Shown here piece by piece: positions 35,632 through 45,074 of a stretch of DNA of 64,000 nucleotides. The notes under the pieces are model-generated. The model did not search any database. It saw only the letters and a program-made list of their open reading frames with translations, and was not told the DNA's origin. Numbering within the stretch: the stretch's first letter is position 1; each line of letters begins with the position of its first letter. The position numbers and the translations under genes were made by a program. The DNA comes from a virus. Its lineage: Duplodnaviria; Caudoviricetes. The stretch lies in the IMG/VR virus record IMGVR_UViG_3300021400_000331, positions 3,050-67,049 of that record. One strand, given 5' to 3'.

Positions 35632-38421
35632 ATGGCAACTGCAAAAGAAGATAAAATTGTAAGAGGTAGAGACCTTGCTACTGTTGGTGCACAGGTTAAA
35701 GCCAAACTTGCCGAAAAGGTGTCAAGTGATAGCGTAAGTGATGTTGTCACTCTTACATCTGCTCAGTATGAGTCATTAGCTATTAAAGACCCTAATACGC
35801 TATATGTCATTACTGATGGTGGAGAAGAATTATATCCACAAGACGGTAAATCAGCATATCAAATCTGGCTCGATGAAGGAAATACAGGCACCGAGGCCGA
35901 TTTCATTGCATCATTGAAAGGTGACACTGGCGTCCAGATTGACGAACAAACATTCATGGGGACAATTGTCAACGATTTGTCAACGGGCGGTGCGGATAAA
36001 GCGTTATCTGCACAGATGGGCAAGCAACTTGGGGTTAACGTGAATCAACTTGTCGCTCAGGTAGAACCGGAAATAATATCATCGACTATTTCTCTTAGTT
36101 CCGATTACGATATTGAAGATGTTTCTATAAATTCGAGTACGCTCAAATGGGAAACTAGAACGAACGGATATAAATATCTGCTTATTCCTGTTATAGCAGG
36201 AAGAACGTATGTCATTGTGACAAGGAGCAACAGGAATTGTAATGCTACAATGTTGTCCGAGGAACCTGGGGCAGCAGGCGATGATGCCCAGTTCGCCACT
36301 GGTTGGAGTGGCATAACTCAGCTCGCAATGAATACGACGACAACATGGGTCGCCTCTGATGATTCGAAGTATCTATATTTGCAAAGAATAAATAACGATA
36401 TCACAGTTACCCCATCTTCTCTTACCCAGCAGTATTTAACATCAAGAGTTGACACCATTGATAAAGACTTGTCAGAACTTGAGGCATTCTGCGTACCAAA
36501 TGTTAATGAACTCAGGCTTGAGCACGCGGAGGTTGTTGACATTACTAATTATGTTATACAGCCATATATTTTGAATGAAGAGACCAATAAGTGGGGAACA
36601 AATGCAAATTATAAGCATATTTGTGTCCCGATTTCGAATGCAAAGAAAGTGAGGTGTACCGCAGCTCCTTTATATGATGCACAGTTGGCTTGGCTTGATT
36701 CCGCAACACTGCTTGATACGGAAAGCGCAACAGACGCCCCAGTCACCCAAGGAACGGATTTTTTAAGAATATCTGCCGGAAAAACAGTTGAGGTCGACGT
36801 CCCGGAGAATGCAAAATTCCTGTATGTGTATTTGGGTGGTTCGCCATATTACTATACTCCTGCGGAACTGTCGTTTATTTATCCTAATACGACGGTTTCC
36901 ATAACGGATGATCGGAATAATTCCTCCCTCTCCGCATCCTCCTCCGTTGATTTGATTAAGGCCGTAAGTGGCTCTTCTGATTTCGATTTTGGTTCTGCGA
37001 CAAAAAGCAATGGATATGTAAATTCCACTGGAGCTGCATGGACTGGCGTAGCGTGGGGTAAACATATTGCAATCCCGTGTAAGGCCGGTCAGAAGATTTT
37101 TGTGAGGGCAAGTTTGTCTTATGCGTCCGTCTTGACTTTTGTATCATCATATTCCGTTCCAAAGGCAAATGGGCAAGCGGTAGCAATTCTTGGAAACAGG
37201 ATTAATCTTGCCGCCGGAACAGGCACGGTGTTGGATGTCCCTTCTGGCGCATCTCATTTGATTGTTAATTGTGGTGATTCTCGGTATTGGGGCAATGACG
37301 GTTTATTACCGACAAAACTTATCTTATTCTCTACAATAGATTACATAGCGAAGAATTCAAGCGGAAGCGATGGAGGCATTCTTTCGCTCAATCCAGATAG
37401 TGAATTTGTCCCTAAGATAATGTCTGCGAAGAAGAGATATTATACTTCAAGCGACAGTTCAAGGCCATATCCTCTTGTAATCGCCCATCTTTCTGACATA
37501 CATGGTAACTGGGGTAATGTTGCGAGATTTCTCGAATTTACTGAACATCACACTCCTAACATTGACCTGCTTCTCAATACCGGAGATCTCGTCTCGTCGT
37601 ACTACTCCGATGGCATTAATGGATATGCGGCAATAAACGGGGCGGAGAAGATCTTAAACGTGATTGGTAATCACGATACAAGAGGAGTAAGTTCCGGTAT
37701 GGCGCAATGGACAGATCATGTCGGCGTAGATGCATATAACTTGTTTATCGAGCCTTTTGTCTCAAATTGGGACGTAGTGCAACCGGATGACGCCGAGACT
37801 AATGGATATTGTTATTATTATAAGGATTTCGCAGAACAACGGATTCGGCTTGTCGTTGTTGATATAATGTCGTATAACTTGACGGAAGATTCGTGGCTTG
37901 CAAGCATTCTTTCTTCTGCATTGGCAAGCGACCTCCATGTTGTAATCGCCGTGCACTACGCCGGCGTGCGTTCATCTTCGGAGAAAACGGAGGCCGTTTT
38001 CACAAAAATCAATGTGAATTACACGACGTTATATTCTGTCGGAGGAAATTCCGAAAATCTTACCGAGTATAACACCGGAGCATATCGAATGATGGACACC
38101 GTCAATTCGTTTATCCAGGAAGGAGGCCATTTTGTTGGGTATCTTCAGGGGCATTACCATGCGGATTTCGTTGCAAAATGCGCTAAATATCCAGATCAGT
38201 TAATATTCTCGATCGGTGCCACTAAAGCTGGTGAAATGAGAGATTACGTTCATACAGAAGGTACAAGGAATCAGGACGAATTCCAAATTATAGCTATAGA
38301 TACAGTCGGAACAATTGTAAAGTTGTTTAAAGTTGGTGCACATATAGATAGATATGGGCGTAGCAAGAGCAGCCTGTGCATTAATTATTCTACTTGCGAA
38401 GTTGTTGGGGAAGGATATTAA
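35632..38421 (+). CDS. Fibre/spike protein with C-terminal calcineurin-like metallophosphoesterase
   Basis: HLSDIHG, NTGDLV, IGNHD, GHYH; three beta-sandwich repeats; DGKSAY...GTEADFIASLKG module. Confidence 0.8.
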   Translation: MATAKEDKIVRGRDLATVGAQVKAKLAEKVSSDSVSDVVTLTSAQYESLAIKDPNTLYVITDGGEELYPQDGKSAYQIWLDEGNTGTEADFIASLKGDTGVQIDEQTFMGTIVNDLSTGGADKALSAQMGKQLGVNVNQLVAQVEPEIISSTISLSSDYDIEDVSINSSTLKWETRTNGYKYLLIPVIAGRTYVIVTRSNRNCNATMLSEEPGAAGDDAQFATGWSGITQLAMNTTTTWVASDDSKYLYLQRINNDITVTPSSLTQQYLTSRVDTIDKDLSELEAFCVPNVNELRLEHAEVVDITNYVIQPYILNEETNKWGTNANYKHICVPISNAKKVRCTAAPLYDAQLAWLDSATLLDTESATDAPVTQGTDFLRISAGKTVEVDVPENAKFLYVYLGGSPYYYTPAELSFIYPNTTVSITDDRNNSSLSASSSVDLIKAVSGSSDFDFGSATKSNGYVNSTGAAWTGVAWGKHIAIPCKAGQKIFVRASLSYASVLTFVSSYSVPKANGQAVAILGNRINLAAGTGTVLDVPSGASHLIVNCGDSRYWGNDGLLPTKLILFSTIDYIAKNSSGSDGGILSLNPDSEFVPKIMSAKKRYYTSSDSSRPYPLVIAHLSDIHGNWGNVARFLEFTEHHTPNIDLLLNTGDLVSSYYSDGINGYAAINGAEKILNVIGNHDTRGVSSGMAQWTDHVGVDAYNLFIEPFVSNWDVVQPDDAETNGYCYYYKDFAEQRIRLVVVDIMSYNLTEDSWLASILSSALASDLHVVIAVHYAGVRSSSEKTEAVFTKINVNYTTLYSVGGNSENLTEYNTGAYRMMDTVNSFIQEGGHFVGYLQGHYHADFVAKCAKYPDQLIFSIGATKAGEMRDYVHTEGTRNQDEFQIIAIDTVGTIVKLFKVGAHIDRYGRSKSSLCINYSTCEVVGEGY

Positions 38422-38423
38422 AA

Positions 38424-38648
38424 TTTGCAAATTATGCCAACACCGGTGTCACTTCTTCTGTCATTTACAGGTGGCCAGGAACTACAACACCGTCTGGCTA
38501 CTTATGTGGCACAAAGATCGGGCAGGGTGGAAGCACGGACAGCATTATCTCTTGGAACTAATTCATCCCAAAAATGGTATGACATTATTGCCAGATACTT
38601 TATTGCACAATTCCGTACAATAGTTGGGAAGATTATAAGTTAATTTAA
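38424..38648 (+). pseudogene. Possible gene relic
   Basis: Start-less frame YANTGVTSSVIYRWPG...KIGQGGSTDSIISWN*FIPKMV*HYCQILYCTIPYNSWEDYKLI looks protein-like and has two stops. Confidence 0.3.
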
Positions 38649-38657
38649 AAATAATAT

Positions 38658-41153
38658 ATGCAAACAGGTAAAATATATAAAGGTTCCACATTAATCAGTG
38701 GCGGAGGATCCAACGGAAAGGATGGTGCATCAGCATATGACATTTGGCTATACGCGGGTAATACAGGAACAGAAGCGGATTTCCTTGCATCATTGAAGGG
38801 CGACTCCGGCTATTCCGGTGCAGTAGGAGAACTTGAAGTTGTGAATGACCTGACTACGGGTGGTGCTAAAAGTGCACTCTCTGCCCAGATGGGCAAGCAG
38901 CTCAACAACAACCTTACCACTACTGCAAATGTTGTTGAGAGTCTGCGATCGGATAATTACACTGAAGAAACCCTTGACTTGGCGTCACTTCCAATTCGGT
39001 CATACTCCATTCAAAATACAGGGCTATACAATGCAACAGATTCCTACAAGCACATTGTCGTTCCAATTGATCCGGGGCAGATTGTGCGCATTGTCGGAAA
39101 TGCTACAAGTCATTCAAGATATTGTTTCTTTAGTGAGTTGACTGCTCCAGCCTCCGGGAAGGCTGCACCATTGATAGGCGAGGTAAACAATATCGCTCTT
39201 GATTCTACGGTGGAAGTGGTTGCTCCGGCAACTGCGCAGGGATTGTATATCTATCTCGGTCAGTTGACAGATGATGCATATCCGTATATACCGAGCAGTG
39301 TGAAGATTTTCACTCCAGTCACATCAACGGTTGCAAAGGAGATTGAGATTACTTCCGATTGGCAGACTCCGAAGATTTATACCGCGAAGAAATACCGCAT
39401 CTCCAGCACCGTCTCCACAATCACAACCGAGAGCGCAATTCTTGTGAAGGTCAAGACTGGTGACACCATTCGTGATGTCAGCACTACCAGCGCGAGTTAC
39501 GAAAGGGTTGGTTTCATCAACCAGCCGATTGCCGACGGCGTTGCTGTTACGGACTATGAGGTGCTTAGCACCGGAACACATACAAAGACAATGGTTGCGC
39601 CGTTCGATGGATTCTTCGTAGCATCCGCAACAAATGCCGGACTGACGTCAAGGACCGTATCAATCAAGAGGAATACCGTTGGAGCGAAAATCGGGTCGAT
39701 TGATACAACTGTCTCCGACCTTAACACGCAGTTCAACAATACAGTTGAGAAAAGGAGCATGAACCTTTCGGACTACGACTATTCAAACTGGTACATTGGC
39801 TCCACATCCGGGAACTACAATTTCAGCACGTCTTACACGGCTAAGTATATTAAGGTTGTTGCCGGATCGAAGTTGTTCGTGAAGGGTTCATCCACCAATG
39901 CCATAAGATATGCCTTCTTGAAAACACTGAATAACAGGTCCAGCGGATCGACGCCGGATTATGCTACCGGATACAGCGGAGTCATTGAGACTACGAATAC
40001 AAATACGAATCTAAATGTTACTGCTCCGTCTGATGCGGGATACCTATATCTTTATTGTGGGTCTGCCGCTACTCACACGTGGGAGCCGCAGTATTTCAAT
40101 GTCGTGACAGGCAGGCTGGACTACATGGACCAGGACATTGCTGAGTTGAAGGCGAAGTATTCTCCAACCGATATCATCCAGATCAACGATCCTATTCTCA
40201 CCAAGAATGTCCTCGCCCAACTCAACCGTCCCTACGGTGCGAGCGGTGGAACGAATTATGTCAAGCAAGCCACCTTCCTGCATTTCTCCGACCTGCACGC
40301 TCAGTGGGATGACCTTGAAAGACTCATTCAGTATTACAACGAATATCGAGTCTTCATTGGAGACGTCATTCATACTGGTGATACCGTGGCACAGGGATAC
40401 AATGGGACATCCATGACAGGATGGGAGACTGCCGGAGCGAGCCGATTCATGAATGTGATAGGCAACCATGATGCGTCTCTAACAACCGATCCTGGTTTCC
40501 CTGGGACATCAAAGACTGCGGAAGAGTGTTATACAAAGTTTATAGGTCCATATATCGACACTTGGGGAGTTACTTACGAAGAGAACAAGTGCTATTACTA
40601 TAAAGATTACGACGAAAGTGATTTGCGTCTTATCGTTCTTGACGAATATCATTATGATGATACGCAGAACGAGTGGCTTGCCGGGCTTCTTGATGAATCT
40701 CTCGGCAACGAACAGCACGTCTTAATGGCAACACATTCAATGAATGGCTCTCTTGGAGAGAGAGTAACGAGTTTCTGCGGAGAAGCCAATGGTTCTGGAC
40801 AGCACACCGACATGGCTGCGATGGGAACTGTGCAGGATTTTATTAATAATGGTGGTCATCTGGTATGTTGGATCTGTGGACACGCTCACTATGATAATGT
40901 AGGATGGTCTGCTACATGGCCAGACCAGCTTCGTATCGTTATATCTTGTGCTTGTCATATTGGTGGAACGAACTACGATGTTGACAGAACTCCAGGAACG
41001 AAGCAGCAGGATTGCTTCAACATCATGTCCATTGACACCAAGCGCGGATATCTGCGTGTATGGAGGGTAGGTGCAGATTATGACAGATGCCTGCGCCATC
41101 GTGGGAGTTTCTGCATTAATTATCTAACAAAAGAACTTATAAGTAACAACTAA
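38658..41153 (+). CDS. Second fibre/spike protein with C-terminal metallophosphoesterase
   Basis: HFSDLH, HTGDTV, IGNHD, ATH, CGHAH; same N-terminal module as 35632. Confidence 0.8.
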   Translation: MQTGKIYKGSTLISGGGSNGKDGASAYDIWLYAGNTGTEADFLASLKGDSGYSGAVGELEVVNDLTTGGAKSALSAQMGKQLNNNLTTTANVVESLRSDNYTEETLDLASLPIRSYSIQNTGLYNATDSYKHIVVPIDPGQIVRIVGNATSHSRYCFFSELTAPASGKAAPLIGEVNNIALDSTVEVVAPATAQGLYIYLGQLTDDAYPYIPSSVKIFTPVTSTVAKEIEITSDWQTPKIYTAKKYRISSTVSTITTESAILVKVKTGDTIRDVSTTSASYERVGFINQPIADGVAVTDYEVLSTGTHTKTMVAPFDGFFVASATNAGLTSRTVSIKRNTVGAKIGSIDTTVSDLNTQFNNTVEKRSMNLSDYDYSNWYIGSTSGNYNFSTSYTAKYIKVVAGSKLFVKGSSTNAIRYAFLKTLNNRSSGSTPDYATGYSGVIETTNTNTNLNVTAPSDAGYLYLYCGSAATHTWEPQYFNVVTGRLDYMDQDIAELKAKYSPTDIIQINDPILTKNVLAQLNRPYGASGGTNYVKQATFLHFSDLHAQWDDLERLIQYYNEYRVFIGDVIHTGDTVAQGYNGTSMTGWETAGASRFMNVIGNHDASLTTDPGFPGTSKTAEECYTKFIGPYIDTWGVTYEENKCYYYKDYDESDLRLIVLDEYHYDDTQNEWLAGLLDESLGNEQHVLMATHSMNGSLGERVTSFCGEANGSGQHTDMAAMGTVQDFINNGGHLVCWICGHAHYDNVGWSATWPDQLRIVISCACHIGGTNYDVDRTPGTKQQDCFNIMSIDTKRGYLRVWRVGADYDRCLRHRGSFCINYLTKELISNN

Positions 41154-41242
41154 CTCATTGAATCATGCCCCCTCGCAAGCCCACCAAGTCTTCGTCTGGC
41201 AAGCAGGTGGTATTGTTTAATTGATTAATAATTAGTATTTTT

Positions 41243-41383
41243 ATGGCACAGAATAAACTAAAAGAAATGGTGAATAGGCTCACAAAGGGCAGACCAAAAC
41301 CGTCTGCGCCAAGAGCCGGATTCAAAGCGAGTGGATCCCGATACGAGAATGGAGGAAAAGTTTCCAGAAAGAAGTCTGTATAA
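41243..41383 (+). CDS. Small basic protein (46 aa) with RYENGGK motif
   Basis: MAQNKLKEMVNRLTKGRPKPSAPRAGFKASGSRYENGGKVSRKKSV; AT-rich leader; below ORF-track cutoff. Confidence 0.6.
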   Translation: MAQNKLKEMVNRLTKGRPKPSAPRAGFKASGSRYENGGKVSRKKSV

Positions 41384-41732
41384 GCTGATGCTTGGGTCGC
41401 TGAAAGTAATTCCAATGCTTTTAGCGGCCCTGGCTATCTTGAATATGCTTTTCGACTTCGCCGGGATCGACAGCTCGTTCTTGTCAATGCTTGGCGGCGT
41501 CTCGATTCTTCCGCTGATATTCATTTACCTCGCTTCGTTTGTCTTCCGCTTTTGCGTGTACCATCGGATGTTCCTGCATTATGTTGTAGCGAACAACGTC
41601 CTTACATACATTGATTATTATTTTGGGCTTCCGGTGAGCAACGCAGTATTATTGATGCTCCATTTGATTTTAATTGGTTTATTCTTGTTTCTGATCCTTT
41701 ATTTCTATCGCAAGGAGAAATGCTGCAAATAA
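41349..41732 (+). CDS. Multi-pass membrane protein
   Basis: About four hydrophobic helices; FRFCVYHRMFLHY. Confidence 0.75.
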   Translation: MEEKFPERSLYKLMLGSLKVIPMLLAALAILNMLFDFAGIDSSFLSMLGGVSILPLIFIYLASFVFRFCVYHRMFLHYVVANNVLTYIDYYFGLPVSNAVLLMLHLILIGLFLFLILYFYRKEKCCK

Positions 41733-42004
41733 TAAAGAAGCTTTTACTTGACATCGTTGACGATATCGATGCTGGTAATTCTTCTCTTGACGAAAACGAG
41801 GAAATCGAAATCATCAAAGCGCTCCGGAAATATACAAGGAAAGATTCTCCAATGAGCAAATACCAAGCGTATTCTTATCTTAATATCAGCCGCGCGACAT
41901 TCGATAATTTCGTACGTGAAGGTAAGATCCCACGTGGTAAGAAGATTCCTGGTTTGAAGGAGTTGGTCTGGTACAAGAAGGATTTGGTTAAGCTCCAGAA
42001 ATAG
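41720..42004 (+). CDS. HTH (excisionase/AlpA-like) DNA-binding protein
   Basis: MSKYQAYSYLNISRATFDNFVREGKIPRG...LVWYK. Confidence 0.75.
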   Translation: MLQIIKKLLLDIVDDIDAGNSSLDENEEIEIIKALRKYTRKDSPMSKYQAYSYLNISRATFDNFVREGKIPRGKKIPGLKELVWYKKDLVKLQK

Positions 42005-42021
42005 AACTACGTTGCTAAGTT

Positions 42022-42056
42022 AAGCCCCTGTAAGATAATGTCTTGCGGGGGCTTTT
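42022..42056 (+). terminator. Intrinsic terminator
   Basis: AAGCCCCTGTAAGA-taatg-TCTTGCGGGGGCTT-TT. Confidence 0.7.
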
Positions 42057-42062
42057 AGCATC

Positions 42063-42095
42063 ATTGTCTTTCGTGCAAATACGTCCATAACTTTG
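42063..42095 (+). promoter_or_regulatory. Bacteroidota-type promoter for the 42-45 kb operon
   Basis: ATTG-N21-TAACTTTG. Confidence 0.6.
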
Positions 42096-42147
42096 AACTG
42101 CTTGCAAGCGGTAGTACAAAGTTAAACAAACTAAAATTATCAAAGTT

Positions 42148-43092
42148 ATGGACGAAACTTCCAAAACTTATGTATTCGATCAGGGCAATTCCGTCCCTGC
42201 TTGGATGGCGATGAATAACGGTGGCCTCTTCGGTAATGGCTCCGGTTGGGGCGGTGGAATCCTCGGTTTCCTTCTTGGTCTGTTCTTCGGAAACGGCTGG
42301 GGTGGATTCGGTGGATTCGGAAACGGCTTCGGCGGTGGTGCTGGTGCTGGGTTCCTTTCCAACCAGATCAACAACGACAATGGCCGCGACCTTCTGATGC
42401 AGGCTATCACCTCCCAGGGTGAAGCAGCTCGTACGGCTACTCAGACCCTGGCGACCGCATTGGGTCAGGATTTCAACCTTGTTAACTCCGGTGTTCAGAC
42501 GATTCAGTCTGCTCTCTCTAACCTTGCTCTCCAGCAGGCTGTGAGTGTCCCGCAGATTATCAATGCGATCCAGAGCGGCGATTCTTCGTTGGCTTCCCAG
42601 CTGGCAAACTGCTGCTGCGAAAATCGTCTCGCCATTTGTCAGCAGACGAATGCGATCCAGGGCGACATCGCCGGTGTCCGCACCGCGATCGAGGCGAAAT
42701 CCGCCGCGGATCAGCTTGCGATGTGCCAGCAGACTTACTCCCTGACCGACACGATGAATCGCAATGCGCTGAATCTTGACAACAAGATCGACGCTCTGGA
42801 GTCCTCTCGCAAGGATCGTGAAATCACTGCTCTCACTGCAAAGGTGGCCCAGCTCGAATCTCAGAACTTCACGACTGGCGTCATTGGCAGCGCTATCGCT
42901 CCGGTGAACGCAGCTCTCGCTTCTCTCGCGAAAGAGGTCGACGATATCAAGTGCAAGCAGCCCAATACTGTAAGTGTCACCTACCCGAACCTTTATGCGG
43001 TGAATGCGACTCCGTATGTGAGTGGCGGTTACTATCAGGGTGGCTTCAACGGTTACTATGGCGCTCCCGGCATCGGTGGCTTTAACTTCTAG
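42148..43092 (+). CDS. Gly/Phe-rich + coiled-coil protein with CCC motif, function unknown
   Basis: GGLFGNG...FFGNGWGGFGGFG N-terminus, NCCCENRLAICQQTN, coiled coil, Y/G-rich tail. Confidence 0.85.
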   Translation: MDETSKTYVFDQGNSVPAWMAMNNGGLFGNGSGWGGGILGFLLGLFFGNGWGGFGGFGNGFGGGAGAGFLSNQINNDNGRDLLMQAITSQGEAARTATQTLATALGQDFNLVNSGVQTIQSALSNLALQQAVSVPQIINAIQSGDSSLASQLANCCCENRLAICQQTNAIQGDIAGVRTAIEAKSAADQLAMCQQTYSLTDTMNRNALNLDNKIDALESSRKDREITALTAKVAQLESQNFTTGVIGSAIAPVNAALASLAKEVDDIKCKQPNTVSVTYPNLYAVNATPYVSGGYYQGGFNGYYGAPGIGGFNF

Positions 43093-43104
43093 GAGGGCTG
43101 CGCT

Positions 43105-43446
43105 ATGATGTTCGGATACAGAATCAACACGAATCGTGATGGTATACCGTATCTGCGGACGACAAGCGTGACGGTAGGAACGGATAGCGTAGACTTTGCT
43201 CTCGGCTTCCGTCCTATCGACCCAATCGGAGATATAACCATCAATGTTGCTAATGCGATCCCTGACGGGACTACCGGGACTCTTCCGGTCAGATTCACCC
43301 TCAACGGATCCACTCGTGCGCTTACGTTCTTCGGCGGCACAGCCGTTACCGCAGCAGACCTTGTCGGCACTGGAGACATCAAAGTCTTCCACAACTTCTA
43401 CAATGGTACGCTGCAACTTGTATCGCCTCTCGCTCCTACCGCGTAG
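43105..43446 (+). CDS. Small beta-sandwich protein, function unknown
   Basis: NTNRDGIPYLRTTSVTV...; T/V-rich strands. Confidence 0.75.
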   Translation: MMFGYRINTNRDGIPYLRTTSVTVGTDSVDFALGFRPIDPIGDITINVANAIPDGTTGTLPVRFTLNGSTRALTFFGGTAVTAADLVGTGDIKVFHNFYNGTLQLVSPLAPTA

Positions 43447-43474
43447 GCATTCACAATCCAATAAGAGTTAAACT

Positions 43475-43987
43475 ATGTTCCAAAATCTTTCCCAGGGCGC
43501 TCCGGTTTACGTGCTCTACAAGAATATTCCTCGCGTCGCGAATGGTAAAGTGCTTTCAGCCAACACCCATATCCCGACATACAATCCCAGCCAGCCAATG
43601 GCTATGCTCAATGGTCCGGTAACAGACCTCTCCGTCCAAGTTGACAACGAAACGATTCCGTTCTCCGCCCTTCCGGCGAATGCGGTTCTAGCCAATTTCG
43701 CGGATAAAGGAGTCCTGATTACCGAAGACAAATCTGTTATCGTGCGCGAAGTGGAAGCGATGGCGCAAGCTTCACGACAGGCGCTTGAACAGGCTCCCAC
43801 CCACGAGAAGATGATTAAGGCATGCGAGGGCCTTCTGGTTGAACTCCAACCCGAAAGGCAGAAGGAGGCGCAGCAGGCACAGCAGATTGCTTCGCTTGAA
43901 TCCAGACTCGCTGAGATGAATGGGAAGTTCGACGAACTCGTCGGAATGCTCGCTGAGAGACTCGGGAACAATCAAAAAGCAGAATAA
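43475..43987 (+). CDS. Beta-barrel + coiled-coil protein, function unknown
   Basis: MFQNLSQGAPVYVL N-terminus; C-terminal coiled coil. Confidence 0.8.
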   Translation: MFQNLSQGAPVYVLYKNIPRVANGKVLSANTHIPTYNPSQPMAMLNGPVTDLSVQVDNETIPFSALPANAVLANFADKGVLITEDKSVIVREVEAMAQASRQALEQAPTHEKMIKACEGLLVELQPERQKEAQQAQQIASLESRLAEMNGKFDELVGMLAERLGNNQKAE

Positions 43988-43989
43988 CT

Positions 43990-44217
43990 ATGAGAATCAG
44001 AGAATTGATTGAACGTGGAGGCGATGATCTCTACGAATTCAAATCCACCCTCAAGTCGGTCAAGAAGGATATTGAAACCCTCTGTGAACTGACCGATGAG
44101 ATGGAGGAGAAATATGGCGAGCGTGGAGGTATGCGTGGTGGAATGCGCGGCAGTTATTCCAGCCGTGACGACTGGGATGAAATGGAAGAGCGCGGAAGCC
44201 GTCGGCGTTATCGCTAA
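43990..44217 (+). CDS. Small RGG-rich protein
   Basis: YGERGGMRGGMRGSYSSR...RGSRRRYR. Confidence 0.75.
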   Translation: MRIRELIERGGDDLYEFKSTLKSVKKDIETLCELTDEMEEKYGERGGMRGGMRGSYSSRDDWDEMEERGSRRRYR

Positions 44218-44226
44218 TTATTCACC

Positions 44227-44252
44227 GGGGAGGGAGGAGACTCCTTCCCCTT
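44227..44252 (+). terminator. Probable terminator hairpin
   Basis: GGGGAGGGAG-gaga-CTCCTTCCCC followed by TTAATTTTT. Confidence 0.6.
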
Positions 44253-44265
44253 AATTTTTCAAGAT

Positions 44266-44667
44266 ATGAACAGGTTGGATTATTACGATATTACACCGAA
44301 GGGTATGGATGCCTACCTCGCTGCGCACGGATTTCATTTCTCCAAGCCTATGCTTGAATGGGCTGTAAGCATGATGGATCATGACGGCAAGCAGCAGAAA
44401 CCGCTCGAGAAGAAAGAGTTTGACGATGTGATGCGAGCTTACGGCATTACGCTAAAACGCAAGGATGGGTTCTACGACGGACCTTATGTCTGGTCAATGG
44501 CCAAATCCGATTATCTCGGCAAATCCATAATCGACGAACAGCATCTTGCGATGTTCGTGCGCGACTACATCGACGATGAGGACGGGAATCCGACCCGTGC
44601 TTTCGATGAGTTTATCGCCAATTGCAATGCAAAAGGCGTGGATATTCCCTGGGCTGATTTGATTTAA
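44266..44667 (+). CDS. Conserved helical hypothetical protein
   Basis: YLAAHGFHFSKPMLEWAVSMM...YIDDEDG pattern. Confidence 0.8.
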   Translation: MNRLDYYDITPKGMDAYLAAHGFHFSKPMLEWAVSMMDHDGKQQKPLEKKEFDDVMRAYGITLKRKDGFYDGPYVWSMAKSDYLGKSIIDEQHLAMFVRDYIDDEDGNPTRAFDEFIANCNAKGVDIPWADLI

Positions 44668-44669
44668 TC

Positions 44670-45074
44670 ATGATACATCGCGTTATTGCTGTCGGCAAAT
44701 GGGTTATTGATGTTCTTATTGCCGAAGAGGATTACGACATCGAAGGTGTCCTGTCCTGCATGTATGAAATAGATGCATCCTACCACTGGATGCGAAGGGC
44801 GAACGAAATCATGAAATCCGGCGGGATGAACAAGGCGTTCACGTACAGCAATGCCGACAGAAGACGCGCTGTTGTTGTGATCGGGCCTACAACATCTGGC
44901 AAGGAATTCCAGGATTCCGTCGTCCACGAACTCCTCCACCTTGCGGTACATATTGTTTCCGCAGAAGGTCTGGACGTAGAGAGCGAAGATCCAGCTTATC
45001 TCGCAGGAGATGGTGCACGGGAACTCGCAGATATAATATGCGAAATGGGTTGTCCGAACTGCAATCCGGATTAG
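44670..45074 (+). CDS. Minimal HExxH metallopeptidase-like protein
   Basis: SVVHELLHLAVH plus downstream EDPAY. Confidence 0.7.
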   Translation: MIHRVIAVGKWVIDVLIAEEDYDIEGVLSCMYEIDASYHWMRRANEIMKSGGMNKAFTYSNADRRRAVVVIGPTTSGKEFQDSVVHELLHLAVHIVSAEGLDVESEDPAYLAGDGARELADIICEMGCPNCNPD

